64,000 nucleotides of DNA from an uncultured virus (IMG/VR IMGVR_UViG_3300024999_000051) (IMGVR_UViG_3300024999_000051), one strand, 5' to 3'; numbered from the stretch's first letter, positions 40,999-51,394 are shown. Numbers and translations are program-made. Notes: generated by a model from the sequence alone, not told the origin.

Positions 40999-41289
40999 TT
41001 AAGCTGCAACTTTTGATTTCTTTGTTTTAGTTTTCTTTTGAGAAGATACTAAAACGATTTCAGACAATGGAAGGATTTTAGTGACCGTCCGGTTATTCCA
41101 TATTTTTAATTTAATTTCTGCATATGGGACAGGATCTAAGTCGGAATAGTAAGCAATATTAATTATTTCTCCCTTGTAAGGTCTTAGGGAGTGCCCTGTG
41201 CCAGTGTAAATAATTTCTTTGCCTAGATATAGGGAGTTTAGAATTGAAGCAGAATGGGTTAAGTTTTTGATGTTTTTAGGTTTTTGCAT
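40999..41289 (-). CDS. hypothetical protein
   Basis: AAGG RBS. Confidence 0.6.
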   Translation of the reverse strand: MQKPKNIKNLTHSASILNSLYLGKEIIYTGTGHSLRPYKGEIINIAYYSDLDPVPYAEIKLKIWNNRTVTKILPLSEIVLVSSQKKTKTKKSKVAA

Positions 41290-41603
41290 TTGATTAACCT
41301 TCTTTCATTAATTTTATTTTAGGATTTAGTGTTAGGTGTTAAGATAGAATATGTAAGTTTATTTAGAAATATGAACAATGAACATATCGAACCCTTGAAA
41401 GGTAAATGGGATTGAATGATTATCGCATAAGGTTTTGTATTCCTTGAGCAGTTTTAAATTTATCGCCATTGTTTTTCCTCCTTTGGTTTTATTTTAGGAA
41501 TATGGTTAAGGTTTACAACCTTTGGTCAACTCTTATATACGATTTGTTATACAAGAATTGAGCAAAGAGCATAAGCTCTTCATAATGGAAGGAAGTGGTA
41601 CTT

Positions 41604-41942
41604 TTATGCTACCTTAGAATATTTACTAAAAAACTTTTCATAATCTGCATACTTTTTATTTTTTGTCCCTAATCCTTTGTTCATAGCCTTTGACATATCC
41701 CTGTCAGCTAAAAAATCAAGATATTCCATAATCCATTTATAATCTTCTATCTCACTGAATCTTTTAACTCCCTTCTGTTTTATAATTTCATTTCTAACGT
41801 CTTGCCAAAATCCATCAAATGATTTTATATATGTTTGCATTTGCTCACAACTCGTAAAACGTGGTAATTGTTCAATGAGATAATCTTTTAATATTTCTCC
41901 ATCACGTTCTGCCTGAAGATAATCAAATTGTAATATTTTCAT
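41604..41942 (-). CDS. hypothetical protein
   Basis: GGAGG RBS. Confidence 0.7.
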   Translation of the reverse strand: MKILQFDYLQAERDGEILKDYLIEQLPRFTSCEQMQTYIKSFDGFWQDVRNEIIKQKGVKRFSEIEDYKWIMEYLDFLADRDMSKAMNKGLGTKNKKYADYEKFFSKYSKVA

Positions 41943-42060
41943 ACATTGTTAACCTCCAATTAATTATTTTAGGCTTTAATTGCCTTTGTAAATATCCCTG
42001 AAGCATATATTTGAATCTGTTATGCTCAAAACAGGACATTTACAAAGGGAATTAATATCC

Positions 42061-42411
42061 CTATGATTGATTAAGTTCTTTTAACCTTGTTTCCATTCTT
42101 GATTTCTCATTTTCAATTTCAAGAATAGCATTGTTATATTTATTAAGTTCATACTGCTTTCTAGTATCAATATGACTCAATCTTTCATTAAGTTCTTTTA
42201 CTTCTCTGTCGATAAAATACTTTGGTTCAGCATAAATCGAATAACCCATACCACCGCCACCACGACTTAGTTTACTGTCTGGAACATCACAAATAACAAC
42301 TTTGTAACCTTTTGATTTATACTCTTTTGCTTGCTCCTTAATGGTGTCTTTATTTCGCTCATAAGAACCTGTATATCTGTATCCCTTTTCCATTGCTTGA
42401 TTTTCTTTCAT
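42061..42411 (-). CDS. hypothetical protein, coiled-coil C-terminus
   Basis: AAGGTGG RBS. Confidence 0.7.
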   Translation of the reverse strand: MKENQAMEKGYRYTGSYERNKDTIKEQAKEYKSKGYKVVICDVPDSKLSRGGGGMGYSIYAEPKYFIDREVKELNERLSHIDTRKQYELNKYNNAILEIENEKSRMETRLKELNQS

Positions 42412-42531
42412 AATTATTCCACCTTTCATTTACTTAATATTTGATCAAAGTCTTTTAAACTCTCCAATCTCTGCAAGTGTGCTATTATGTTGTTATTGCT
42501 AGTTTAGAGGTTTTAAAGGGCTTTGATAGCC

Positions 42532-42765
42532 CTATTTACTCACTAATTTTTCATCAATATCTTTCTGATTTAATTCAGGATGTTCATGTATAATTACTTT
42601 TCCAACTTGTTCCCAATCAACATCAGACAGTGAGAATATTAGACTTCTTAGAATCGCTTCATTCCCTTTGTTGAGTTGTGGAACGATATATTTACTAATA
42701 TAGATTTTTGCTTGCTCTGCGGTCATGGTTAATTCATTAGTCATTTTTAACACACTCCATTTCAA
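42532..42765 (-). CDS. hypothetical protein
   Basis: ORF; likely start MTNE after GGAG. Confidence 0.6.
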   Translation of the reverse strand: MKWSVLKMTNELTMTAEQAKIYISKYIVPQLNKGNEAILRSLIFSLSDVDWEQVGKVIIHEHPELNQKDIDEKLVSK

Positions 42766-43206
42766 TTATTCCCAATCAATTTCAATACATTCACATTTGG
42801 GATTCTCAATCCCTTCAGAAGTCTCCAAATAGTAAAGATAATCTGTTATTGCTTGTTCGCGCGTTACGCCGTTAACTTGCGCTTGATATCCTGAAATAAT
42901 GTTTCCTTTTTTGTCGATTTGATTAAGTTCCCAATTCTTAACCTCATCTTGACAATATTCTTTGTTCACCATGTCGCAAAATTCCTGCAAACTCATTTCT
43001 TGATTTTTACTTTGATAGAATACATTATCGTATGTTATTTGCCCTTCATCTAATATTTGAATTACATGAGTTCCCATAGATACTGCGTTGTATCCTCCAG
43101 AATTTACCCAAACTTCAACTTTCCCTGCAGATTGAACAACATAAATTGCTCCACCATGTTTTAGCAATTCCTTCTTAGCATCTTGGAGTTTTTTGACTGT
43201 CAACAT
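42766..43206 (-). CDS. hypothetical protein
   Basis: 146 aa, AAGGA RBS. Confidence 0.7.
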   Translation of the reverse strand: MLTVKKLQDAKKELLKHGGAIYVVQSAGKVEVWVNSGGYNAVSMGTHVIQILDEGQITYDNVFYQSKNQEMSLQEFCDMVNKEYCQDEVKNWELNQIDKKGNIISGYQAQVNGVTREQAITDYLYYLETSEGIENPKCECIEIDWE

Positions 43207-43300
43207 AATATATTCCTTCTTTCTAATTAATTTTCTGACCTCAAGCCGTAACCCAAAATTGTTATACTTGTTTTTGGATTACGTGGCCTCAATTCAGAAA

Positions 43301-43528
43301 TTAAAACATTCCATCCATGAACCATACGTGATTTACTTTTAACCCACAATCTCTGATAAAATCATTCCAAGTATCATAAATTTTTAAGATACTTTGAGCT
43401 TGCTTAATATCCTTGATGCGTGGGGTTTTGTTATGCTCTGCATGATAATCTAATGCAATTTGCTTATAGATAACTTTTCTTTCCTCAATTTGTTCTGGTG
43501 TTAATGGTTTTCTGCCTCTTTTAGTCAT
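43301..43528 (-). CDS. protein with a homing-endonuclease-associated repeat-like domain
   Basis: HNKTP...YDTWNDFIRDCGL pattern. Confidence 0.55.
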   Translation of the reverse strand: MTKRGRKPLTPEQIEERKVIYKQIALDYHAEHNKTPRIKDIKQAQSILKIYDTWNDFIRDCGLKVNHVWFMDGMF

Positions 43529-43529
43529 G

Positions 43530-43736
43530 TTAGATGTAACACACAAAGCGTTCCATGTCTCCATCTAATGTTAAAACTACTTTGTAAATAATATCGCCTT
43601 GAGAAGTAAATTGACCTGATTCTTTTAGTTCAAGGATTTCTTCAGGGTGGATTTGAATTTCTACTAATGATTCTCTGATATAGTTTTCATCTTCCTCAGT
43701 TACATTTAGATTTTCAATCATTAATTCTTGATTCAT
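43530..43736 (-). CDS. hypothetical acidic protein
   Basis: AAAGGAG RBS. Confidence 0.65.
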   Translation of the reverse strand: MNQELMIENLNVTEEDENYIRESLVEIQIHPEEILELKESGQFTSQGDIIYKVVLTLDGDMERFVCYI

Positions 43737-43780
43737 TTTTAAAACTCCTTTAACCTTGCTCCCTTAGAGCTAACAGGTTT

Positions 43781-43852
43781 ATTTTAGGCAGGACTTGGAA
43801 CACTGCCTTGCACATTACTACAGTTTTTAGGCTGTAGTCCTCTGTTAACAAT
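43781..43852 (-). ncRNA. twister ribozyme candidate (P5-type permutation)
   Basis: ACA-GAG-GA-P1(CUACAG/CUGUAG)-UAA-UGU-GC...P4(GGCAG/CUGCC) with loop UUCCAAGU; P2 and T1 complementary. Confidence 0.6.
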
Positions 43853-44127
43853 TAGTTAAGCTCTAAAATATATGGATTATTGGAGTCATATTCGTCTGAC
43901 CATTCGCTAACATCTTCTGGATCAACATCTTTAATTTTGTCAAATGCTAGAATGTATTGTGATTGCTCTCCATCTTTTTCAAGATGATAATAACTAAGAT
44001 TTAATACTCCATCATCGATATATTCAGGGTCTTGGTTATGATTTACAGTGTAGATTTTACCATTAATTCTGAATGTGTTAGAATCAATTTCCTCGAATTT
44101 TACTTTGCTTGCAATGTAATTGTTCAT
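43852..44127 (-). CDS. hypothetical acidic protein
   Basis: AAGGAAGG RBS. Confidence 0.7.
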   Translation of the reverse strand: MNNYIASKVKFEEIDSNTFRINGKIYTVNHNQDPEYIDDGVLNLSYYHLEKDGEQSQYILAFDKIKDVDPEDVSEWSDEYDSNNPYILELN

Positions 44128-44299
44128 TGTTTTGACCTTCCTTTCTTAATGAATTTTGAAATTCCCTGCTTGAAATTTTGAGTTGTGTTATACAGATTAT
44201 ACCATTTTGGTATTGGAAATGTAAGGTTTAATTGATTGAAAATCCTTTACACCAATATTATATATTATTTTTGTATTAGTGTAAAGCGTTTAGGCATCA

Positions 44300-44530
44300 T
44301 CAAAATAAATTATTTAATGCTCTTTCAATATACCATTTAGGCCACAATTTAGACATCCATTCTTTTCCTACTTCAGCACATTGTAACCTAATTAAATTAC
44401 ATTCAATTGCAATTGGTTTGGCATAGAATCTCATGGTGTGGCCGTTATAGCCATCTGGAAGGGTTATAATTTTTCTTTCAGGTTCTACCACTGAGCAAGT
44501 ACCATCGCTATGTACAGCTAATTTAATCAT
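44300..44530 (-). CDS. hypothetical protein
   Basis: AAGGAG RBS. Confidence 0.65.
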   Translation of the reverse strand: MIKLAVHSDGTCSVVEPERKIITLPDGYNGHTMRFYAKPIAIECNLIRLQCAEVGKEWMSKLWPKWYIERALNNLF

Positions 44531-44699
44531 AAGTTACACTCTCCTTCTAGTTTATCTATTTTGATAAACTCTAAACATCCTGCAATCACTAGATGTGAAC
44601 TGTTATAAAGATTGCAGGATATCTAGGCATTATCAAATAATTATATTAAGGGTATTTTCTAGGGATACCCTCGAACCCTTGTAGTATGACTGTTATAGT

Positions 44700-47153
44700 T
44701 TATACAGCCTTTTGCATGGTCTCAGTGTCTTTATTAATGACAATTATATTTGATCTAACTTGTGTCATCTCAAAAGTTCCTGACTCTAATTCTTCTACAA
44801 TTTCACCATTCAAATTCTCGAACCATTGACGGAATTCTTTTGATGATTTGTCATTGGCAAAAGTCCAATGTGGTGAAGTAATAGCAATGAGTTTCCCGCC
44901 AGTTTTTAGTAAATCATAAGCATGTTTAATATGGGACTGTTCTGTGCTGAATGGGGGATTCATAATGATACTGTCGTAATAATTGTTATTTTCATACTTC
45001 AAGAAGTCAGAACCAACAACATTAAAACCTTTGAGAGTTAATAATTCAGAATAAGAATACATTTGTTCACAGACATCAACATTATCAACAAATTTTTTGA
45101 TTTGGTCTGCAATATTTCCGATTCCGGCTGAAGGTTCTAGAACTCTGCTGTTATGGGATATATCGGCTAATTCAATCATTTGAAGAGCAATATTCGAAGG
45201 AGTAAAAAAGGTATCTCCACCTTGCGTGAATTTTAGGCTTCTTTCCAACTCTTTTATTTTTTGTTGAGTTGGATCAATTGAACTTTTGACAGTGCGATAA
45301 TTGAAGTATTCCCTTAGATATTCCCTTAACTCTTCGACTGATTCTATACCCATTCTTGACAATCTTCTACGCTCCTCAATTGCAGTTTCAAAGTATTGAT
45401 TCTTCAGAACATCAGTATTTTTGTAAATCTTATCAAGTTCAGCATCATAATCTGAAATATCAATTAGTGGGTCATGATGTGGATCTTTTTGTTTTAGTTT
45501 TGCATTGTCAATTAGTTTTTGCAATCTGTTTGCAATAAGTTTGAATCCTTCAGTGTTTCTAATGTCATTGATAATAGATTGAAGTTGACGTAAATAAATA
45601 GTGCTTGAGGGAATCTCTGCGAACCTAATAATGTCTGCTGTTATTGGAGAATTATACCATACATTATAATCAATATTTTCGACTGATTTATATCTCCAGT
45701 TTGCACGATTAAGAATACTTTCCAATGTGTCAACTTGTGCCCTAGAATCAATTCCACCAATGAAAGTCAATTCACCTGATTCAATGGCATTTGCAACATT
45801 GCGTAAAACTCCTTGCATTTGTTCCATTGTATCTGCTTGTTGCTCCTGTCCTGCTGCCTCTCTAGCTCGTTTAGCTGTATTGGTCAATCTGTCTGCTCTT
45901 TTGTTGTCAATTGTGCTTTGCATGTTGTCAGCTACTTTGCGTAGTTTGTCGCTGTTATTGCTAAAATAGGTTTGTTCTGGTTGTTCTCCTTGGTTTTCTT
46001 CAGACTGTTCTCCTAACAATTTAGATGTTGGGTCATACTTGAAAATGTGACCTTTTTTGAATCTTGAATAATAACCGCTAATTAATTTCATTTGTGAATC
46101 ATGAATTCTCCATTCATCTTTACTAAGTGTATTTATGAGTTTTACAACCCATAGAGGAGAATTGTCGCGTGTGTCAACGTCTGCTGTTATAGCGTACATG
46201 TCATTTGATCCGGTAACTGTTGCAAGTGCTTTTTCTTTTCGCTCCTGTTGTTCTTTTTCTCTCTTTTCTTTTTGAGAGATTGAATAAATATGATCAAAAC
46301 GCTGTTGTTCTTCAATGGTCAAATTTTTGTCCTTGCGATAATATTTGACATTCTGGAAATCCTCTAGGGTTTGGGGATTTGTAATCCCTTCAATTAATTC
46401 CTTTCTTTGTACTGTTCTTTCTTCTTTCTCTGCTTTGTTTTTGGTATATTGTGCCTTAATCATTTCATCAGTGGCAGAATTAAGAATCTTTTCTAATGCT
46501 CTTCTTCTTGCTCCTTTAATGTCGTTGAAGTCCATAATGTGAGAAAAAGAATCTTGAACATGATACACAAGAGCTTCTACCATGTTGCCGTAACATTCAT
46601 TAGTTAATTCCGCTTTAGTATTTGCACGTTTCCTTTTATGTTTTTCTGAATTGTTCAGCATGTCAAGGATTACAATTTTTACAGAATCAACATTTTCAAT
46701 TAGGTATGTATAATAGACTCTTAGTTCTTCTGCGGTGCCTTCGCCTGTTTTGAATTTGGTTTGCATTGTATCAAGATAGTTTTTAGTTTCGATTTTTTGA
46801 ACGTCTTGGATTTTATTTTCTGCTTTCGCTCCTAGTGCATTGGTTGCTTCATAGTTTTTATTTAAGTCAATATGTAGGCCATACCATAAATTAGAGTGAA
46901 AATGCAAATGGATTAAAACCAAACCTTTTTCTACTTTGTAGAGTCGAACGTCAATAGAGTCATATTCCTTATTAAACCATTCAACAGGATTTTCGATCAA
47001 AGTCCCTTTGTGGACTTCTCGGCCATCGTAGGAATAGGCAAGTTCAATTTTGTCAAATTCTCCTGCGTTTACGATGTTTTTAATAGTAGTTTTGGAAAGT
47101 CTTTGCGAACCTTTAGCAATGTTGGTTTTTAAAGTTTGAAGAGATTTAGACAT
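44700..47153 (-). CDS. large polyvalent-type protein with C-terminal N6-adenine-type methyltransferase
   Basis: FFTP, VLEPSAGIGNIA, DFL, IIMNPPF, LLKTGGKL; internal GYYSRFKKGHIF..DP domain. Confidence 0.85.
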   Translation of the reverse strand: MSKSLQTLKTNIAKGSQRLSKTTIKNIVNAGEFDKIELAYSYDGREVHKGTLIENPVEWFNKEYDSIDVRLYKVEKGLVLIHLHFHSNLWYGLHIDLNKNYEATNALGAKAENKIQDVQKIETKNYLDTMQTKFKTGEGTAEELRVYYTYLIENVDSVKIVILDMLNNSEKHKRKRANTKAELTNECYGNMVEALVYHVQDSFSHIMDFNDIKGARRRALEKILNSATDEMIKAQYTKNKAEKEERTVQRKELIEGITNPQTLEDFQNVKYYRKDKNLTIEEQQRFDHIYSISQKEKREKEQQERKEKALATVTGSNDMYAITADVDTRDNSPLWVVKLINTLSKDEWRIHDSQMKLISGYYSRFKKGHIFKYDPTSKLLGEQSEENQGEQPEQTYFSNNSDKLRKVADNMQSTIDNKRADRLTNTAKRAREAAGQEQQADTMEQMQGVLRNVANAIESGELTFIGGIDSRAQVDTLESILNRANWRYKSVENIDYNVWYNSPITADIIRFAEIPSSTIYLRQLQSIINDIRNTEGFKLIANRLQKLIDNAKLKQKDPHHDPLIDISDYDAELDKIYKNTDVLKNQYFETAIEERRRLSRMGIESVEELREYLREYFNYRTVKSSIDPTQQKIKELERSLKFTQGGDTFFTPSNIALQMIELADISHNSRVLEPSAGIGNIADQIKKFVDNVDVCEQMYSYSELLTLKGFNVVGSDFLKYENNNYYDSIIMNPPFSTEQSHIKHAYDLLKTGGKLIAITSPHWTFANDKSSKEFRQWFENLNGEIVEELESGTFEMTQVRSNIIVINKDTETMQKAV

Positions 47154-47240
47154 TTTAAAAGCACTTCCTTTCTTAAATCGGCACTAGGCAGGTAACACTT
47201 TTGTTATTGCGTTAACCGCCCACAAGCGACACAAGAAGGG

Positions 47241-47807
47241 TTATATAGAACTTATAAATAGTTCATCGAAATTTTGTTTGTGACTATTCCAATGTATAAG
47301 ACTATACAATTCTGAAAAATTCATGGTTAACATTTTTTCAGTAGGTTTAATAAGAAATCTACTGATTTTTTCAACGTGCCAAGGTTCAAAGAATTTTAAA
47401 AGATTTATTTTGCATGATGTAATAACCTGCAATGTGTTCATTTCCGTTATGTCTAATTCATTTAGAATGTGGCGGTCTGTTTTATTCTCCCTTCCTGCAA
47501 TATGATAAGATTCAATGAAGGAATTGTCAATAATTATTTTATGACTCATAACCTCATTAATTCTTTTTTCAATGTCTGAAAAGTTTTCTTTTCCGTCTTC
47601 CGTTTTTGGATAATCATCTTTATACAATGCGGTTTCAGAATGATTTTCATAGTAAGTTTCGCCATTCCATTTCTTAGGAATTTCCCAACATCCAGTAAGT
47701 TTTAAATATCCCCTTTTATGATCATACTCTGCATAATAGTTTTTCGGCAATCCTTGGAGAATTAATAAACCTGCTGACCCATGACGCTTAAAATGTGTTT
47801 TAATCAT
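47241..47807 (-). CDS. hypothetical protein
   Basis: 188 aa, AAAGGAG RBS. Confidence 0.7.
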   Translation of the reverse strand: MIKTHFKRHGSAGLLILQGLPKNYYAEYDHKRGYLKLTGCWEIPKKWNGETYYENHSETALYKDDYPKTEDGKENFSDIEKRINEVMSHKIIIDNSFIESYHIAGRENKTDRHILNELDITEMNTLQVITSCKINLLKFFEPWHVEKISRFLIKPTEKMLTMNFSELYSLIHWNSHKQNFDELFISSI

Positions 47808-47913
47808 TATGTAACACGCTCCTTTAAATTTTAGTTTAGAGTCTTAAATATTCTCCAAGCCGTAATATTTATATTTACATTATATCACGACTTAGAGAAT
47901 AATTAAAGCTTAT

Positions 47914-47946
47914 AGAGCAAGAAATAAAAATAATTTATCTTGCTCT
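47914..47946. terminator. possible terminator hairpin
   Basis: AGAGCAAGA/TCTTGCTCT. Confidence 0.5.
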
Positions 47947-47974
47947 ATCATATAAAAGTTTGGTTTTATTTGGA

Positions 47975-48280
47975 TTATTGTAATACCCATTCAGAACTGT
48001 AATCTTTTTTGAGGTCTTTATTTAAACCTTCAATTAAAAATGATACAAAGTTAACTTCATTAGAAAAATCTCTTATATCATTTGCTTTGATATACAGAGA
48101 AGGAAAATGTAATTGAAAACTACACATACCTCTTACTGAATTGAAGCTAATCTGTAAATCAAATTTGAAAGGCTGGTTGTAAGGAATATCAAATAATGGA
48201 ATACCATCAAAACTTTTATTGATAATCTCCATTCCTGTTTGGGTTTTGATCTCCATTAACGCTTTGTCGATTTTATTCAT
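47975..48280 (-). CDS. hypothetical protein
   Basis: GAGGAG RBS. Confidence 0.7.
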   Translation of the reverse strand: MNKIDKALMEIKTQTGMEIINKSFDGIPLFDIPYNQPFKFDLQISFNSVRGMCSFQLHFPSLYIKANDIRDFSNEVNFVSFLIEGLNKDLKKDYSSEWVLQ

Positions 48281-48363
48281 TCAAAACACTCTCCTCTTAA
48301 TTTTAGTTTACGGCTAAACACTAAGACATTATACCTAAGTGCTTAGTCTGTACTAAAATTATC

Positions 48364-48564
48364 TTACAAATGTAATTCGTCTATAACTTCTGAAATTGCA
48401 ATTTCTCCCCACCTAATGCAGTGGTTTAAAGTAAAATGTTCTTCATGAAGATCATATACTATTTGCTGTGCTTCTGGGGATAACTCGCTGTGCAATGTCA
48501 CTAGCTCACTAAATTTCCTGTGGATTTCATTTAGAATGTTTTGATCATTGTCATTTGTTTTCAT
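48364..48564 (-). CDS. hypothetical protein
   Basis: AAGGAG RBS. Confidence 0.65.
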   Translation of the reverse strand: MKTNDNDQNILNEIHRKFSELVTLHSELSPEAQQIVYDLHEEHFTLNHCIRWGEIAISEVIDELHL

Positions 48565-49134
48565 AAGTATGCACGCTCCTTTGATTTATTCTAGGCCATT
48601 GTTATAGGTATTGTCCACAATTGCCTTTTAAGTTCATACATTTGATATAGATATTATACTCTATTTTGTACGAACTTAAAAGAGAATTAAGGCTAATTCT
48701 CTAAATAATTATTTTTTAGTTTTAGTTTAGATAATTCCTAATACTTTGATACTGCGCCATCCATATTTCTGCATCTTCTTTAGTTTGAGGTACACCAAAT
48801 AATTTAAAGTCTGCTTGTAAAAATCCGTCTGCATGTAGTTTTTGAATAAATTCTAGTGCCATAAATTTTCCTCCTTTAGTTTAAAGAATGAATATGGTCA
48901 TAAGCTTCAATATAGGTATTAAAATAGGATAGTATTTCTTTAAAATCTTTGTTTTTAGATTCTTGCTCATGCTCCTTTTTTGTTGTAAGAACATATTCTT
49001 TTGAATTGTCGCTGTATACTCTTGTTATTGCAACAAAACAATTATTTGACATAATACTTCACTCCTTTGAATTTTTCCGACTAGACAAAGAACTTTTTAA
49101 TTTTCTTTGTCTAATAATAAAACTCTTTGGAGGA

Positions 49135-50388
49135 TTAAGCAACATTATTGACAATGTTTAGGATAGCTTGGGTTTCTTCTTGGAATTCTTGATCCTGTTC
49201 TTGTTCATCATTGATAGTTTGTTCTAACTGTTCTTCTTGATTTTCTTCGCTGAATGATTCTGGGGTCACTGTTATAGCAGGTTCAAGGTTTTCACTTTGT
49301 TGAGGTTGTTCCCATTGCTCCTCAGTGATTTCCTCTTGTTCCTGTTCAACTTCTTCTGGCTGAATATCTTCAACCAATAATTCTCTTTCCACAACTCCGC
49401 AAATATTCAGCATTCCCTTAACACGACTTTTAACATTTTCCTTTTTGACATTGCCGGAGCCTGTATATTTTTTATATTCGTCTGCAGGAAGTGCTTTAGG
49501 GATATAGGTCAGAAGTTTTTTAGTGGCCTCTGATTTATTGGTAGCATTTGCAAACATATAAGCAAGAACAGGAATATTTATTTTAGCAAGGAATTTTAGA
49601 ATCTTTTTGTCTTCTACATTTTGAAATGCTTCTACAATATCTGTGAATGCCTGTTCAGCAATTGCCAAAACATTAGAATTTATTTCTTTGTTATGGAAAA
49701 ATTCTTCAACATCTTTTGTGGTAAAGCTTGCGAAGTCTTGACCAGAGATTAAAACAATTGCTTGTAAAATTGTCATTTCCCTGTCAGACTTTTTCACAGC
49801 AGTAGCAGAGTATTTTGCAAAATCCTTAAATAATTTGTGTTCATTAATCACTTTTTGGATAAATTCTTGAACGTTTCTCTTTGCTACAACAAATGCAAGA
49901 TGCTCTCTAGAGCATTGTTTGCCATTGTTAAGGCGATAAAATAGGTCTCTGACTATTTCCTCCTCGTCTTCATCTTCTTCAAGCTCTAAAGCCTTAATAC
50001 TGAGTTGACAGGACTTAATTTGGTCTTGTGCTTCAATCGGCAATTCTGAAAACTTTTTACCTGAAATATTAACCATTTCGCCAGTTGTTTCAATTTTGAC
50101 AGACTCTAATGTGGTTAGCGTCCATTCATCCTTTAGAAATGAGGAAAGGATAGTTAGTCTCTGTTTTCCATCAATGGTGTCGTATGTATTGCTGTTATGC
50201 TCATTTTTGGACTGAATGAACCAAATGTCTGGGAGATAGATTCTAAAAAGAGAATCGACTAATAGTGATTTGTTTTCGATTGTCCATTGATCTGCTGGAC
50301 GCTGAAGAGGATTATCAAAAGTTACGGTTCCTTTTTGAATCATGCTGCACACTTGACGAACATTCCAAGGTAAAGATTTCTTTTCCAT
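49135..50388 (-). CDS. DUF262 (GmrS/ParB-like) domain protein with E/Q-rich tail
   Basis: QR...W...KSLLVDSL, IDGKQRLT, FYRLNNGK. Confidence 0.85.
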   Translation of the reverse strand: MEKKSLPWNVRQVCSMIQKGTVTFDNPLQRPADQWTIENKSLLVDSLFRIYLPDIWFIQSKNEHNSNTYDTIDGKQRLTILSSFLKDEWTLTTLESVKIETTGEMVNISGKKFSELPIEAQDQIKSCQLSIKALELEEDEDEEEIVRDLFYRLNNGKQCSREHLAFVVAKRNVQEFIQKVINEHKLFKDFAKYSATAVKKSDREMTILQAIVLISGQDFASFTTKDVEEFFHNKEINSNVLAIAEQAFTDIVEAFQNVEDKKILKFLAKINIPVLAYMFANATNKSEATKKLLTYIPKALPADEYKKYTGSGNVKKENVKSRVKGMLNICGVVERELLVEDIQPEEVEQEQEEITEEQWEQPQQSENLEPAITVTPESFSEENQEEQLEQTINDEQEQDQEFQEETQAILNIVNNVA

Positions 50389-50422
50389 TTTTACAACACT
50401 CCTTTAAATTAATTCCTTTTCT

Positions 50423-50504
50423 AATTAACCTGCCATCTTCAGTATGTAGCGGTTAACCTACATAGACAAGGGATTATTTTGTTTCCCTTGTTTCGGCTTT
50501 AATT
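50423..50504 (-). ncRNA. type II hammerhead ribozyme
   Basis: GCC-GAAA-CAAGGGA/UCCCUUG-UC-UAUGUAG/CUACAUA-CUGAAGA-U-GGC; GUC triplet at 50467-50465. Confidence 0.88.
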
Positions 50505-50514
50505 AATTATACAA

Positions 50515-51168
50515 TCATACCAATACCGCATCCTTTCTAGGTTTAAGATATTGTTTATAATCTTCAGTGCACCATTTTATTATTTTATTATATCTTGATT
50601 TTGTAAAATTGGGGTTATGTATATTATACCACTCCTCAAATATTGCAGTATGTTTTGAACTATTACAACTTTTACATGCAGGGATACAATTTTCTAAACC
50701 ATTACTACCATCATGTATTTTATGTTCTTTGTGAAAATCTCCTAAAATCATTTTACCTGCATACTGTACCCAATGATCTTCTAATGGCATTCCACAGTAA
50801 GCACATTTATAATTAAAATATTTTTTACATGCTTCCCATTCTTTTTCAGATATATCATGATTGTCATGTTGTTGGCTGTATCCTTGACATTTATCAGGAT
50901 TATTTCTTTGCCAACCCAAATAATAACCAGACTTTCTTTGTTTTACACCTTCTTCGAACCTAAATTTAATTCTCTTTTCTGTTTTTGCATATTCAATTTT
51001 TTGTTTTGCATAGGATTCTGGATTGTCTTTCATCCATTTTATACTTCTATTTCCTACACATTTTTTACATTCGCGCCTATAATAGATAGTGCCATCTTTT
51101 CTGAATTGAGAATAATATTCTGATAGTTCTTTATCTTGTTCGCAAGTTGGGCAAATTTTAGATTCCAA
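50515..51168 (-). CDS. HNH endonuclease
   Basis: N-terminal CxxC..CxxC; CAYCG...HKEH...NCIPACKSCNSSK. Confidence 0.85.
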   Translation of the reverse strand: MESKICPTCEQDKELSEYYSQFRKDGTIYYRRECKKCVGNRSIKWMKDNPESYAKQKIEYAKTEKRIKFRFEEGVKQRKSGYYLGWQRNNPDKCQGYSQQHDNHDISEKEWEACKKYFNYKCAYCGMPLEDHWVQYAGKMILGDFHKEHKIHDGSNGLENCIPACKSCNSSKHTAIFEEWYNIHNPNFTKSRYNKIIKWCTEDYKQYLKPRKDAVLV

Positions 51169-51394
51169 TTAATTATTTCCTTCTTTCTTTGTTATTTTAT
51201 TTACTTATTTAGTGTTTATCTCTACCCTCCTTAACTTAATTTAGAGCATATGCTCTATACCATTATAATACTTCGTGCGAACAAAATCAAATAAATTTAT
51301 TTTGGTATTTAGTCTACGAATATACACTAAGATTTGTTATAACCTCAGTGTATAATGCTAAACTAAAATCCATTTAAATGTCTTTTTTATTGGG

